The notes under the pieces: model-generated | Databases searched by the model: none | Told to the model about the DNA's origin: nothing | Seen by the model: only the letters and a program-made list of their open reading frames with translations | Program-made: the position numbers and the translations under genes | Part shown: positions 38,335-48,014 of the stretch, in pieces | Layout: every line of letters begins with the position of its first letter | Position numbering within the stretch: the first letter of the stretch is position 1 | Assembly (NCBI GenBank): GCA_022705325.1 | Contig: JAKJER010000002.1 | Location: forward strand, 62,891 to 126,890 | Origin: Planctomycetota bacterium | Lineage (GTDB): Bacteria; Planctomycetota; Phycisphaerae; SM23-33 | Direction of reading: 5' to 3' | Length of the DNA stretch: 64,000 nt

Positions 38335-39663
38335 ATGACACATGAGTGTGTCTTTCCCGGGCGATCCCTCGTACTAGGCCGTCTGGTGCTGGCCGCTGCG
38401 GCGATCACTGTCTCCAGTGCCTCCACCGCGTGGGGCTGGGGGGCCGGCCACCGGTTCGTCACCGAGGGGGCGATGGCAGCCCTGCCGCAGTGGCAAAAGG
38501 ACCTGCTGGGCAAGGAACTGGCCCTCCTTGGGAGCCAGCACTGCTTCATCCCCGACCTGGTGTATGCCAAGAAGGAGGTCCGCAAGTATGCCATGATGGA
38601 CTCCAAGCCGGACAAGTTCTACCTGGTCGAGTTGCACCTGCCGCCGGCGCCGACGGAGTCGTACGAGATCCTCCGGTACTTCATGGCTAAGGCGGTTGAG
38701 CAGTTCAAGGCCGCCCGGGTGGACGAAGGCGCCCGCTACCTGGGCACGCTGTCGCACGCGCTGGAGGACTGGGGTGCGCCAGCCCACAGCGTGCCGGGCG
38801 ACAACATGTTCACGCTCATGAAGCAGTTCGTCCCGCCCACCGACGAGTACCGCTACCTGCCCATGCATTCTCCGATGGAGGGCGGCACGTTCACGGTGGA
38901 CCTGGGCGACTACAAGCCGCGGCTGCTGGGCGGCACGGTTGAAGAGGCTGCATTCAACCTGCTCCACCGCGTGCAGCAATCGACCATCCACGCCCGCGCC
39001 CAGGTCATCCCGATCATGCGGGCCCTGTACGCCAAGGACGACGCCGCCTCCAACGCCGCCCAGCAGAAGGCGGGGCACGTGGACGCCGAGGTCGTAGCCG
39101 ACGCCGTCTACACCGTGCTCTGCCTGGGCCAGTCGCGGTTCGAGCCACCGGCGATTGAGCCGCTGACGCGGGTAGACCTGTCGCAGCGCATCACGCTGGA
39201 GACGCCGACACTGGCTTGGCCGCAGTCCGCGTTCTTCAGCAAGCCGTACTGGGGCCACCCGACCCGCGGCGTGAGTATGCGTGGAGGCAAACAGGCCGTA
39301 GCCATCCGCGTGAAGGCGGCCGATGACGCCCTTGGCGACAAGCCGATAGAAGACGCGGTCGCGGTGGGGACCAAGACCACCCTCACGTACCTCGTGCCGC
39401 CCGGTGTCTACGACCGCCTGGAAGTCTGGGCGGCCTTGCACGCCGAGCTTGGCGCGGGCGGCAACGTCATCTTTGAGATCAAGGGCGCCGACGGCAAGAC
39501 GCTTGCCAAGGTGCAGGTCCAGGGCGACCAGCCGGCCCAGCGCATGACGGCCCCGCTGGCGGGCCAGTCGACGGTGCAACTCATCACGACGACCGGCTCG
39601 GCCGACAGTACCCACAACTACGCCGTCTGGGCCCGTCCGCAACTGGTCAAGGCCGAGAAGTGA
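38335..39663 (+). CDS. Secreted zinc-dependent phospholipase C / S1-P1 nuclease-fold protein with C-terminal beta-sandwich domain, 442 aa
   Basis: After the signal peptide, a mature N-terminus WGWGAGHRF (a WG..GH zinc-ligand start typical of PLC and S1-P1 nucleases). HALEDWGAPAHS motif. Perfect AAGGAG motif 8 nt upstream of ATG 38335. The table ORF had a 91-aa leader. Confidence 0.5.
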   Translation: MTHECVFPGRSLVLGRLVLAAAAITVSSASTAWGWGAGHRFVTEGAMAALPQWQKDLLGKELALLGSQHCFIPDLVYAKKEVRKYAMMDSKPDKFYLVELHLPPAPTESYEILRYFMAKAVEQFKAARVDEGARYLGTLSHALEDWGAPAHSVPGDNMFTLMKQFVPPTDEYRYLPMHSPMEGGTFTVDLGDYKPRLLGGTVEEAAFNLLHRVQQSTIHARAQVIPIMRALYAKDDAASNAAQQKAGHVDAEVVADAVYTVLCLGQSRFEPPAIEPLTRVDLSQRITLETPTLAWPQSAFFSKPYWGHPTRGVSMRGGKQAVAIRVKAADDALGDKPIEDAVAVGTKTTLTYLVPPGVYDRLEVWAALHAELGAGGNVIFEIKGADGKTLAKVQVQGDQPAQRMTAPLAGQSTVQLITTTGSADSTHNYAVWARPQLVKAEK

Positions 39664-39675
39664 GAAGACGCTCGC

Positions 39676-40647
39676 TTACTTACCCCCGGGCGGGGCGGCC
39701 ATGAGGCCCTCGATGATGTCGGCCAGCTCCTTCTTGTCGATCTTCACCCGGGCGCGGATGTGCTTGGGGTTGTCGACCTTGGCATCCCAGAAGACCTTGC
39801 CGTCCTTCGTAGGTTCTTGCCGGCCGTGGCGATCGAACGTGAAGTACTGGGGTCGGACGGCCGCGAGCACGGCAATCTGGTCCCAGCTCGATCGCCCGGT
39901 CTGGAGGCACTTGCCCCCGCCCCAGTAGCGGTAGCATTCTCGAACGGGGTTGTTGGGCGACGTCTTGGGCAAGAGTCGGTTGCCGGTGATCACGTCCGCC
40001 CCGTCGGGGCTGAAGATCGCCTCGGTCGGCCAGTTCGCCAGCAGTTCGCCCAGGTAGCGGTCCATCCCGTTGCGGGTGAAGTTCCAGTCAGAGGCGGGCG
40101 TGTCGGCCGAACCGCCCATGGCCACCCAGCGGGCGACCTTGGCACGGACCAGTTCGGCGCCTTCCTTGTCTCGCATCAGGTGGACCAGGCCGTGAGGATG
40201 GCCCACGGAGAGGATCGTCACGCTGGATGCCGGCCGGCCGCGTAGCAGTGCCTTGTACGTCGCGACCATTTCCGGGGCATCGTCGATGATGTCGTGTCCA
40301 AAGGTCTTGGTGTTCTTTGCGACTCGCGAGCTGTAGGAGTCGCCCGGGTCGCCGACATCGTCCTTCTTGTACTGGCCCAGGGGCAGGTGGCCGCGCCCGT
40401 ACCAGGTATTGATGGCGTCGCAGGCGCCGGCGCCGAAGCGGTTTCGCCCGCTGCTGAAGATCACGCCCAGAAGGTCCACCTCGCCGCGGTCGGTCAGCGC
40501 GTGCAGCACGGCCAACGCCCCCGCGTCGTCGCAGTCGGAGCCGATGTCGGTGTCGAAGATGATCGAGACCGGCTTGTTCGCCTCCGCGGCGGATGCTCCG
40601 ACGGCGGTCAGGAGCGCGAGGATCGCTGCGGCAAACCAACACTTCAT
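39676..40647 (-). CDS. Inosine-uridine-preferring nucleoside hydrolase family protein, secreted, 323 aa
   Basis: Signal peptide, then IIFDTDIGSDCDDAGAL, the DxDxxxDD nucleoside hydrolase signature. Its start overlaps the upstream gene stop (ATGA). Confidence 0.8.
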   Translation of the reverse strand: MKCWFAAAILALLTAVGASAAEANKPVSIIFDTDIGSDCDDAGALAVLHALTDRGEVDLLGVIFSSGRNRFGAGACDAINTWYGRGHLPLGQYKKDDVGDPGDSYSSRVAKNTKTFGHDIIDDAPEMVATYKALLRGRPASSVTILSVGHPHGLVHLMRDKEGAELVRAKVARWVAMGGSADTPASDWNFTRNGMDRYLGELLANWPTEAIFSPDGADVITGNRLLPKTSPNNPVRECYRYWGGGKCLQTGRSSWDQIAVLAAVRPQYFTFDRHGRQEPTKDGKVFWDAKVDNPKHIRARVKIDKKELADIIEGLMAAPPGGK

Positions 40648-43451
40648 TGTCTGGCCTCCTGCTTGTTGCCGGCGGCGTGCAGGATGATGTTGCGGACGAT
40701 CTCGTAGGCCGACTCGGGCGCGTAGCCGTCGACCGTGGACGAAGGGTATCCGACCAGGCCGGCGGTGAGGTCTTCGCGGCTGAAGAAGACGGCCGGACGG
40801 TCGTTCACGATGATCGAGCGGAGGAGGGGTTCGCGGACGTTGCCCAGCCGCTTGCGGGCGCGATGGGTATAGGCCACGTTCTCGATGGCGTAGCCGTCGA
40901 GTTTCAAGGGAGGAGCGGACCGGGCGTGAAGGCGGAGGGATCGCGGCCCGAACATCTCCAGGAGTATCGCCTCGGCCGACGCCGCGAATTCGGCGTCGCC
41001 GCCGGCGGCGTCGATCAGCAGCGTTCCACCGGCATTCACAAAAGCCGTGAGGGCTTCGCGGTCCGGCGGAGAGAGCTTGAGGGGGCCAATCCCCGTCAGG
41101 GCGGCCAAGGCGGCCCGGCTGGACTCCAGCTTATCGATGGCGACCGGCCCGGCTACGTCGAGTGGGCGTCCGGTCTGGCTGGCGAAGAGGGCGGCCAGTC
41201 GCTCGTATGCCAGTGGCTCGGGGTCGTGCGCCCCAGCGTGGGCCAGTCGGACCAAACGGATGGGGGCCCCGGATGGAGGAGGAGCGGGTTGCGGCCAATG
41301 GGACGCCCCGCGCGGTCGCAGGGAGCCGATCGTGCCCGACACGCACACGGCCAGATTGGCCGCCGCTTCAAACGCGTAGCGTTGAACGGCCGTGCGATAG
41401 CTCTGCCAGGCCAGGGCCAGATCCACGTCCGTGTGATACGCCAGGACCCGCACGCGGTTGGAGACGATCTGAAAGGCGGGTCGCCCGGACAACTTGAAGT
41501 ATGCGGAGTAGATCGGGTGGTCCGCCGGGGCGGGGGTGAGTTCGTACTGCGGAAAGAGCCTGCGGTAGACGTCGCGCATGGCCTTCGAGAACGCCAGGCC
41601 GCCGCACTCGGTGACGCTGAGCAGCGTGCCGCCCTGGAGGACGTATTGGCGGAGCTTGTCGAGGTCGGCGTCGCTGAAGGTCGGCGCTCGCGAGGCGGAA
41701 ATGTACAGGATGGGAGCGTCGTGCCAGTCGCCGGGCGGCATCTGGAGATTCACCACCTGCCAATGCACCGGCCGCTCAAACGTGGCGCTGGCCCAGCGGG
41801 TAAGCGAGGCCAGGTCGCGCGGGCGATTGTTCCAGTCCCCCTCGAACGCCAGCTTGTTCATCAGCACGGCCTGACGCCCCCGAACCAGGAACAGCAGAGA
41901 GAAGCACGTGTTCACCAGCGGGTCGCGGAACTGCCCGGTTTCCTCGAACGCGCCGGAAGGCTTGTACAGCTTGGCCAGGACCAGTTCCGCTCCCTCCCGA
42001 TACCAATCGGTCGTGCCGAAGTACTTGTAGCCGGACGCCAGGGCGGCCCGTTCGATGGCGTAGAGCGAGTAGCTGATCGTTCGCTCGGCCCGCTTGCCGC
42101 TCAGCACCGCGCCGAGGTTCTTCTCCATCCATTCCAGCCCCGCGGTGATGGGGCGGCTGAGCGTCTCGCCGGAGCAGCGGAGGAACTTCTCGGCGTTGAG
42201 CAGATCGTTGCAGACCAGCAACGTGACCACCCCGCCGGCGGTCATCGAAGCCGACGATTGGCTGCGAGAGGAGAACGCCTTGCGGCTGGCGACGGGCCCG
42301 TGCTGGTAGGTCCATCCGCCGTCCTTCAATTGCATGCCCTCCCAGTGTCGCTGGAGAAGCAGCCAGTAGTTGCGGGGGATCTCCAGGTTGGCCATCGCGC
42401 CGACCCAACCGCCCAGGGCGCCGAGATGATCGTTGGAGGTGCTGCCGGTGTCTTTGCCGATCTCGTAGTCGTATGCCCCGCCGCGCGTGCCTCGCACCAG
42501 CATTTCGACGTCGTTCTTGAGGAGCCGCATGTACTGGCCGGGGGCCTGGCGCTCGGCGGCGGCATAGGCCGACGCCCGACACGCGAGCGTGTAGGTCCGC
42601 AGTTCCCGCTGGTCTTTCAGCCAGTCCAGGGCCTTGGTGACCTTGGGGTTCTGAACGCTGACTCCGCTCTCCAGGAGCGTGTAGACCACCAGGGCCGTGG
42701 GCCCGACTCGGTTCCCCTTGAGCATACCCGAGTCGACCGCCCAGGCGGGCATCCACGTTCCGTCGCTCTTCTGGCGGGAAAGCAGGTAGGCCACACCTTT
42801 GTCAATGGCCCCACCGACGCGCTGGTCGAGCGGCGGCGGGGGGGCGGGCGGCTTGGCCGGCGACGACGGTTTGGCGCCCCCGGCAGCGGCGAGGTCTCCG
42901 GGCAGCTTCTCGTAGAGTTCCACCTCGAACAGGCGGGTGATGTTGCCGTGGCTGCGCGTGACCAGCAGGCGGAGGCGAGCCGTGGTAACGGGCGCGAACT
43001 CCACCCGTAGATCCGGGGTCTTATTGGCGGTGGCCTGGGCGCCGGGGATGTCCTGCCATTGCTCCCCTTTGGGCGTCTGGAGCACCAGGTCGTCCAGGGG
43101 CTGGCTGAGTTTATTCCCCCCGGCGATGCCGCTGACGACCCGCGCGGCGCCGATAGTCACCGGCTGGGCCCACTCGAAGACCACCCAGTTGGGCGCCTTG
43201 GCGTCGCTGACCCAGCGGCCCGTGTTCGACAGTTCGATGCGCCCGTCGTGCAGATTGGCGACAGGGTATTTGGCCGGGTCGAGCGAACCGGAAACAGAAA
43301 CCTTGGCCGCGAGGGCGTGGTTCTTCGCGTCGGCCCGTGCGGTGGCGGATGCCGCGCCCAGGGCCAGGCAGCAGCAGATCCAGGCCGCCAATGGTCCTCC
43401 GCTGCGGCGCCGCTGGTCGACCGACAGGCAGAGTGAACGCGCGGTGTTCAT
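40644..43451 (-). CDS. Discoidin (F5/8 type C) + prenyltransferase/terpenoid-cyclase-like repeat + DUF4159-like C-terminal domain protein, secreted, 935 aa
   Basis: Start moved to ATG 43451 (MNTARSLCL...signal). The N-terminal domain ends with the ...RLFEVELYE discoidin-like pattern. Central repeats with GGW/DGGW motifs. The C-terminal part resembles DUF4159 proteins common in Planctomycetes. The 157-aa upstream extension is Pro/Ser-rich and non-coding-like. Confidence 0.55.
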   Translation of the reverse strand: MNTARSLCLSVDQRRRSGGPLAAWICCCLALGAASATARADAKNHALAAKVSVSGSLDPAKYPVANLHDGRIELSNTGRWVSDAKAPNWVVFEWAQPVTIGAARVVSGIAGGNKLSQPLDDLVLQTPKGEQWQDIPGAQATANKTPDLRVEFAPVTTARLRLLVTRSHGNITRLFEVELYEKLPGDLAAAGGAKPSSPAKPPAPPPPLDQRVGGAIDKGVAYLLSRQKSDGTWMPAWAVDSGMLKGNRVGPTALVVYTLLESGVSVQNPKVTKALDWLKDQRELRTYTLACRASAYAAAERQAPGQYMRLLKNDVEMLVRGTRGGAYDYEIGKDTGSTSNDHLGALGGWVGAMANLEIPRNYWLLLQRHWEGMQLKDGGWTYQHGPVASRKAFSSRSQSSASMTAGGVVTLLVCNDLLNAEKFLRCSGETLSRPITAGLEWMEKNLGAVLSGKRAERTISYSLYAIERAALASGYKYFGTTDWYREGAELVLAKLYKPSGAFEETGQFRDPLVNTCFSLLFLVRGRQAVLMNKLAFEGDWNNRPRDLASLTRWASATFERPVHWQVVNLQMPPGDWHDAPILYISASRAPTFSDADLDKLRQYVLQGGTLLSVTECGGLAFSKAMRDVYRRLFPQYELTPAPADHPIYSAYFKLSGRPAFQIVSNRVRVLAYHTDVDLALAWQSYRTAVQRYAFEAAANLAVCVSGTIGSLRPRGASHWPQPAPPPSGAPIRLVRLAHAGAHDPEPLAYERLAALFASQTGRPLDVAGPVAIDKLESSRAALAALTGIGPLKLSPPDREALTAFVNAGGTLLIDAAGGDAEFAASAEAILLEMFGPRSLRLHARSAPPLKLDGYAIENVAYTHRARKRLGNVREPLLRSIIVNDRPAVFFSREDLTAGLVGYPSSTVDGYAPESAYEIVRNIILHAAGNKQEARQ

Positions 43452-43521
43452 TCTGAGACCATAACGGATGGGCGGATGGGGTTCAACCCGCTGGTGGATA
43501 TCCGCGTTCACGCCACGGAGG

Positions 43522-43938
43522 CTATTTGATCGGTGAGTAATCGGTCGGCTTGAGGAAGACGGACTCGACCTTCTCCACCAGCTTGCCGTTGACTTCGGAG
43601 TCGGCCTTGGCCTTGATCCAGGCGGGGTCGCTTCGGAAGGCCTCGAATGCCTTGTCGCGGGCCTCCTTGTTGGCGAAGGCGAGTATGTAGACCAGCGTGT
43701 TCTGGGCCTTTGGGCCTTCGGCGGGGACCCAGAAGCCGACGATCTGCATGCCATGCTTGGCGAAGAGCTTGTTGGTGTGGTCGCGGAAGCGGGCGTGCAG
43801 GGCGTCCAGCTTGCCCTCGGCGGCGGTGTAGGTCCGCATCTCGAAGAGGCGGTCCTTGGTCTCGGCCTTGTCCTGGGCGGTGGCGTACAGGGCGAAGCAG
43901 AAGGCAACGAGAGCGACGACAATCAGTGTTCGTTTCAT
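43522..43938 (-). CDS. NIPSNAP family protein with signal peptide, 138 aa
   Basis: FEMRTY...GKL...F...FWVPAEG pattern of the NIPSNAP (dimeric alpha+beta barrel) family. N-terminal signal peptide. Confidence 0.6.
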   Translation of the reverse strand: MKRTLIVVALVAFCFALYATAQDKAETKDRLFEMRTYTAAEGKLDALHARFRDHTNKLFAKHGMQIVGFWVPAEGPKAQNTLVYILAFANKEARDKAFEAFRSDPAWIKAKADSEVNGKLVEKVESVFLKPTDYSPIK

Positions 43939-43982
43939 GTGCTGTCTCCTGTGACCGTTGGGTCGGAATGGGGGGCGTTGAG

Positions 43983-44555
43983 TCAGAGCTTTCCGCTGGC
44001 GCGGGCATGACGGAACGTGCCGTGGAGATAGTCCAGCAGGCTCCAGGCCGTGACGGTGATGAGGATGACTTCGCAGGAACGGCGAACGATGACGGACGCC
44101 GTCAGGGCCGGGTCGAGGGCCCAGGCGGCGCCGAGCACCAGGAAGATTCCGGCCCCCTGCACTACGGCTTTGACCTTTCCGCTCAGGCGCGCGGACGTCT
44201 TGCCGCCGGTCATGGCGTTGATGATCCGGGTGTAGGCGACAATGATGTCACGCCCGGCCATCACGAGCGGGACGGCGATGGACAGGCAGCCGGTCAAAGC
44301 GAGGCTGAAGTAGATGGCCAGGCGGCTGAGCGAGTCGGAGAGGGGGTCGAACACGCCTCCGATGACGCTGGCCGTGCCCGTGCGCCGGGCGACAATTCCG
44401 TCCAGGGCGTCGGTGGCTTCCTCCGCCAGGGCCAGTCCCGCCAGCATCAACGCGCTGGCCAGGCCCAATCGGCCCTGGTGGATCGTCGCGGCGGCGCCGG
44501 CGGCAAAACCGCCCGCCAGGACCATTCTCGATGCCGTCAAAAGATGAGCGATCAC
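43983..44555 (-). CDS. CDP-alcohol phosphatidyltransferase family protein (PgsA-like), 190 aa, GTG start
   Basis: DALDGIVARRTGTASVIGGVFDPLSD matches D-x2-DG-x2-AR-x8-G-x3-D-x3-D. 4-5 TM helices. Confidence 0.75.
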   Translation of the reverse strand: MIAHLLTASRMVLAGGFAAGAAATIHQGRLGLASALMLAGLALAEEATDALDGIVARRTGTASVIGGVFDPLSDSLSRLAIYFSLALTGCLSIAVPLVMAGRDIIVAYTRIINAMTGGKTSARLSGKVKAVVQGAGIFLVLGAAWALDPALTASVIVRRSCEVILITVTAWSLLDYLHGTFRHARASGKL

Positions 44556-44678
44556 AGGCTACTCTCTAGCGAAACTGCAGCCCCAGCCGGGGCCGCCCGC
44601 AGGGCGGCATCTGATAGCATGACACGGCGGGGGACCTGGACAAACCAAGCATGATCTTACCGTGGAGCCTTCGAAGTC

Positions 44679-45608
44679 TCAACTCCCCTGCTCCGCGCGG
44701 GAGGACGACGCACCTGTCTGTCGGTCGACCGCCCAGTCGGCCGCACGCGCCTCGGCGTCCGTCCGCAGTCCTTCCGCGGCTGTACGGTAGAAGCGGAATA
44801 CGACCTCGTCGGACGTGTACATGTACTGGCCGTCCCAGGCCAGGTCTTCCACCCCGCGGTCGGGAGCGTCGTACTGCACCACCGTCGACGCCCGGGCGCA
44901 TCGCGTCCGGGCCAGACGATCAACGTCCATCTGGTTGATGACGTTCACGCCGCGCTTGTTCTCGGACTCGTAAAGGTGCCTCCCGTCCCAGACCAGACCT
45001 TGGGAGAACCCTTCGTTGGTGTACGCGAAAACTACCGCGCCGGCCATGGTTCCGTTAGCCACAGCCTGGCGATGGCGGACAAGATACGTCTTCCTCGTCC
45101 GCATGAAGTCCGATATGGCCAGGACCTCTTCGCCTCCGTAGCGGAGCAGGGCGCAGGCGCTGGTTCCCTTGAGGCCCGTGGGGAACTTGCCCACCACCCT
45201 GGCCTCCCTGGCCCGCAAGGATTCCGCCAGGTCGATCTGATAGCAGCAATTGGAGATGTAATCAACCGCCCACAGGTGCTCGCCGTCCCAGGCCAGCCCG
45301 CTGGTGTGGACGGCTTCGGCGGGCATGTCGAACTCGGCCAGCGGCTCCATCTTCGGGGGCTGGTAGCAGTACACGCGTGAGCGGGTGTTCCTCCAACTGT
45401 TGGCGAAGATGATTCTGCCGTCGGCAAAGGTCATGCCCTGCGGGGTATAGCGTTTTTCGCCCAGCGGCGTGGGGCCAAGGTCTTGCCACGCCGGGAAGCG
45501 GCGCTTGGCGCGAGGCTGGCGCAGCAGCAGGTTGTGCATGCCGGACAGGACCAACGCAGCGAATGCCGCTACCGGCAGGGCTACAAGCAGTCCGATCAAC
45601 CAAGTCAT
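44679..45608 (-). CDS. Glutaminyl-peptide cyclotransferase-like beta-propeller protein, membrane-anchored, 309 aa
   Basis: Start at ATG 45608 (MTWLIGLLVALPVAAFAALVLSG anchor). HTSGLAWDGEHLW and YTNEGFSQGLVWDGRHLYESE resemble the glutamine cyclotransferase TQGL...LYES blades. Confidence 0.55.
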   Translation of the reverse strand: MTWLIGLLVALPVAAFAALVLSGMHNLLLRQPRAKRRFPAWQDLGPTPLGEKRYTPQGMTFADGRIIFANSWRNTRSRVYCYQPPKMEPLAEFDMPAEAVHTSGLAWDGEHLWAVDYISNCCYQIDLAESLRAREARVVGKFPTGLKGTSACALLRYGGEEVLAISDFMRTRKTYLVRHRQAVANGTMAGAVVFAYTNEGFSQGLVWDGRHLYESENKRGVNVINQMDVDRLARTRCARASTVVQYDAPDRGVEDLAWDGQYMYTSDEVVFRFYRTAAEGLRTDAEARAADWAVDRQTGASSSRAEQGS

Positions 45609-45975
45609 GGATGAACTCACACCAGAGAGATCGAAAGAACCTCTTTCAGGCCGAGTACTGGCTACTGCCAAACCTAGCGGCCTCTCAGGTGGATTGTAGT
45701 CCAATTCGACGCGCCGGACGCAATGAATTCACCGGCGAGCCAGCGGGCTACACGTAGCGTCGACCTGCTCGCCAAACGTGTCGGATCGGGAGCCGATGGA
45801 TTCTCGCTGACACTCGAAAGTCGCGGTCTTGTGGGCGGCTGGCGACTGAGACAACTTGGGACAAAGACGTGGATCAGCCGAGGAGGGTGAGCCCCTTTCG
45901 CCAGAACCGGAGTGAAAAGGCAGGGGCGGGGAAAGCAGAACGGGTCGCTCCGCTGCCAACAGAGGCCCAGCCAAA

Positions 45976-48012
45976 CTAGTAATGCTCCAAAGCAATGAGT
46001 CTCTGGCGAAGCCCTGGATGCCAGTAAGTCCTTCCGGTACCGCATGTGTAAAGGGCCAGAAAGCTCCTGAGGTTTTCTATCCAACCCTTAACCAGTCGCC
46101 ATCTTCCGGATCCACTCGGGGTCGTTGTGGCTATGCCGATGCCGAGCGGGAACAGGGAAGACTCGTGTTGGATCGGGAGGACGTTCTCCAGAATGTGTAG
46201 GACGCGTCGAAGGGCTTCCTTGTCGCATTGAAAAAGGGTTATTGCCATTTGGTCCGCCACCAATTCATAGCCCAGGGAGTCTTGAACGCAGCAACTGAAA
46301 GTGTCTCCGGCGAAGGTCAAACGTCCAAGGAACTGGAGGCAGCTGAAGGTCCGAACATGATCCGCTTTACAGTGAGACAACTCATGCGCAAGTGCCGCCC
46401 TCATCTCGGGACTATTACCCCCAAATTCTCTGGCCATCCCGAGCGTAACTTCAATAATGGGAGCGTGCCGAAGTCCGGAAGGATACGTCTGTATTCCCAG
46501 GGTTAACTGAGGGGAGACCAGTACCGTTGGCGGACCCATGGCGGCGCATTGGGCCAATTCATTCACCACCAGCTGCAGATCAAGTCGTTCTGTGGCGGTG
46601 TCGGGAGCAGGGGAAAGCAAGCGATTACGCCTCCCTGATCGTTCACGCAGCAGAGACTTCAGTGAGCGCCACCAAAGCCACAGCAACCCGCCGCTAAGAC
46701 AAACCCATAACACTCGTATCGTAAATGCGGAAGGTCCTTCAGGGTCACGCCCTCTTGCTGCAGAGAGGAGGATGACTGTCGCATCGACTCCCCAAGCAAC
46801 TCCCCCTGGCCCTGGGCCAGCGTCGGGGACCAGTGCGCGCAAGAACAGAAAAGCCTGGCCCACCATGCCTGCCACTATGATTAACCCTACGAAGAACCAT
46901 GAACCCGCAAAGACCCAACGAAAGGCTGATAAAAACCCTCTTCCCGAAGCAATAGCAATGCTCTGCGGGTCCTCTCGGTGGCGTTGAATTTCTGCAAGCC
47001 GAAGTACCACTCGCGAGCTATCAACAACAGCGTGTGCGGCCAAGCCAGCCCCCAAGAGCAGAAGGGCTACGGACACCCCGCAAGCCACCCAGCCCAACGA
47101 CCCGAGCCCGCGTTGAACTCCGGGGAGTGCTTGGCGCATCTCCAGAGGAAGTCTCTCAAGAAGACGATAGTCGTGATGTGCGTGCAATGCCCGACGCAAC
47201 ACAGGAAGCTTCTCTCCAATAGACGTTCCCACAAGGATCCAGGGCAACTGCGAAGCGAGAAGAAGGAGAATTGCCAGAAGCGTCTGCAGGCCAGGGATCA
47301 TTGCCATTCCACGATCACTGTATCCGCGCTTCTTCAGCATTCCGGGAATACAGGAAAGCAGTAGACATGCAGCGAGTAGAAGACCCAATAGGATGAGTGC
47401 CAGCCAGAGAGGCGGCCATCTGTTGTTTCCAACAACCAGTGCTGCAGTTCCACAGCTGAGGCAGTAGCAGAGATACCCGAACATCCACCATACGTATCTG
47501 CTTCGCCTAGCGAGGTCTTCCCTCAGATAGCAGCCTCTCCGTACAAAGTCTGCATAGAGGCTTTCGCGGAGATCATGCGTCCGTCGTCCCCCAATCGCGC
47601 CTAACCAGTAGACCGGCAAAAACAGCAGCCCCACGGCCAGAGTCGGCATCGCAGCCCAGAAAGGTCCTGAAACACCGAGCATACTTGACCGCAACCAAGC
47701 CCAGCCGGCCGCAGGCCAAAGCAGACAGGCCGAGAGAATCAAGCAGCAGTACCATCTTCGCATTCGCACATCGACAACAAGCGAAACTTCTTCGTGCTCC
47801 TGGCGGAAGACACACGTTGCCGCTTGCGGAAGTGCGTGCAGAACTAGTCGTCTCCAGTCGCTCGTTTGAACGAACCTCACGCTGCAGACGTCGGGTGAGG
47901 GCGCACTGGTCTCAATAGCCGCCAAGCCGTGCGACGCCATGAACGCTTCGACGACGCGCTTCGCCTCGGGGATCTCACCGCGAACCGAATAGGCTACTCC
48001 CCATTGGCCCAT
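45976..48012 (-). CDS. Polytopic membrane protein with C-terminal HExxH zinc-metalloprotease-like motif (M48/M56-like), 678 aa
   Basis: The first ATG is at 48012; the table ORF starts at a TTG 2 codons earlier. About 10 predicted TM helices in residues 100-480. HELSHCKADH near residue 545. The gene lies in a conspicuously lower-GC segment. Confidence 0.5.
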   Translation of the reverse strand: MGQWGVAYSVRGEIPEAKRVVEAFMASHGLAAIETSAPSPDVCSVRFVQTSDWRRLVLHALPQAATCVFRQEHEEVSLVVDVRMRRWYCCLILSACLLWPAAGWAWLRSSMLGVSGPFWAAMPTLAVGLLFLPVYWLGAIGGRRTHDLRESLYADFVRRGCYLREDLARRSRYVWWMFGYLCYCLSCGTAALVVGNNRWPPLWLALILLGLLLAACLLLSCIPGMLKKRGYSDRGMAMIPGLQTLLAILLLLASQLPWILVGTSIGEKLPVLRRALHAHHDYRLLERLPLEMRQALPGVQRGLGSLGWVACGVSVALLLLGAGLAAHAVVDSSRVVLRLAEIQRHREDPQSIAIASGRGFLSAFRWVFAGSWFFVGLIIVAGMVGQAFLFLRALVPDAGPGPGGVAWGVDATVILLSAARGRDPEGPSAFTIRVLWVCLSGGLLWLWWRSLKSLLRERSGRRNRLLSPAPDTATERLDLQLVVNELAQCAAMGPPTVLVSPQLTLGIQTYPSGLRHAPIIEVTLGMAREFGGNSPEMRAALAHELSHCKADHVRTFSCLQFLGRLTFAGDTFSCCVQDSLGYELVADQMAITLFQCDKEALRRVLHILENVLPIQHESSLFPLGIGIATTTPSGSGRWRLVKGWIENLRSFLALYTCGTGRTYWHPGLRQRLIALEHY

Positions 48013-48014
48013 TG

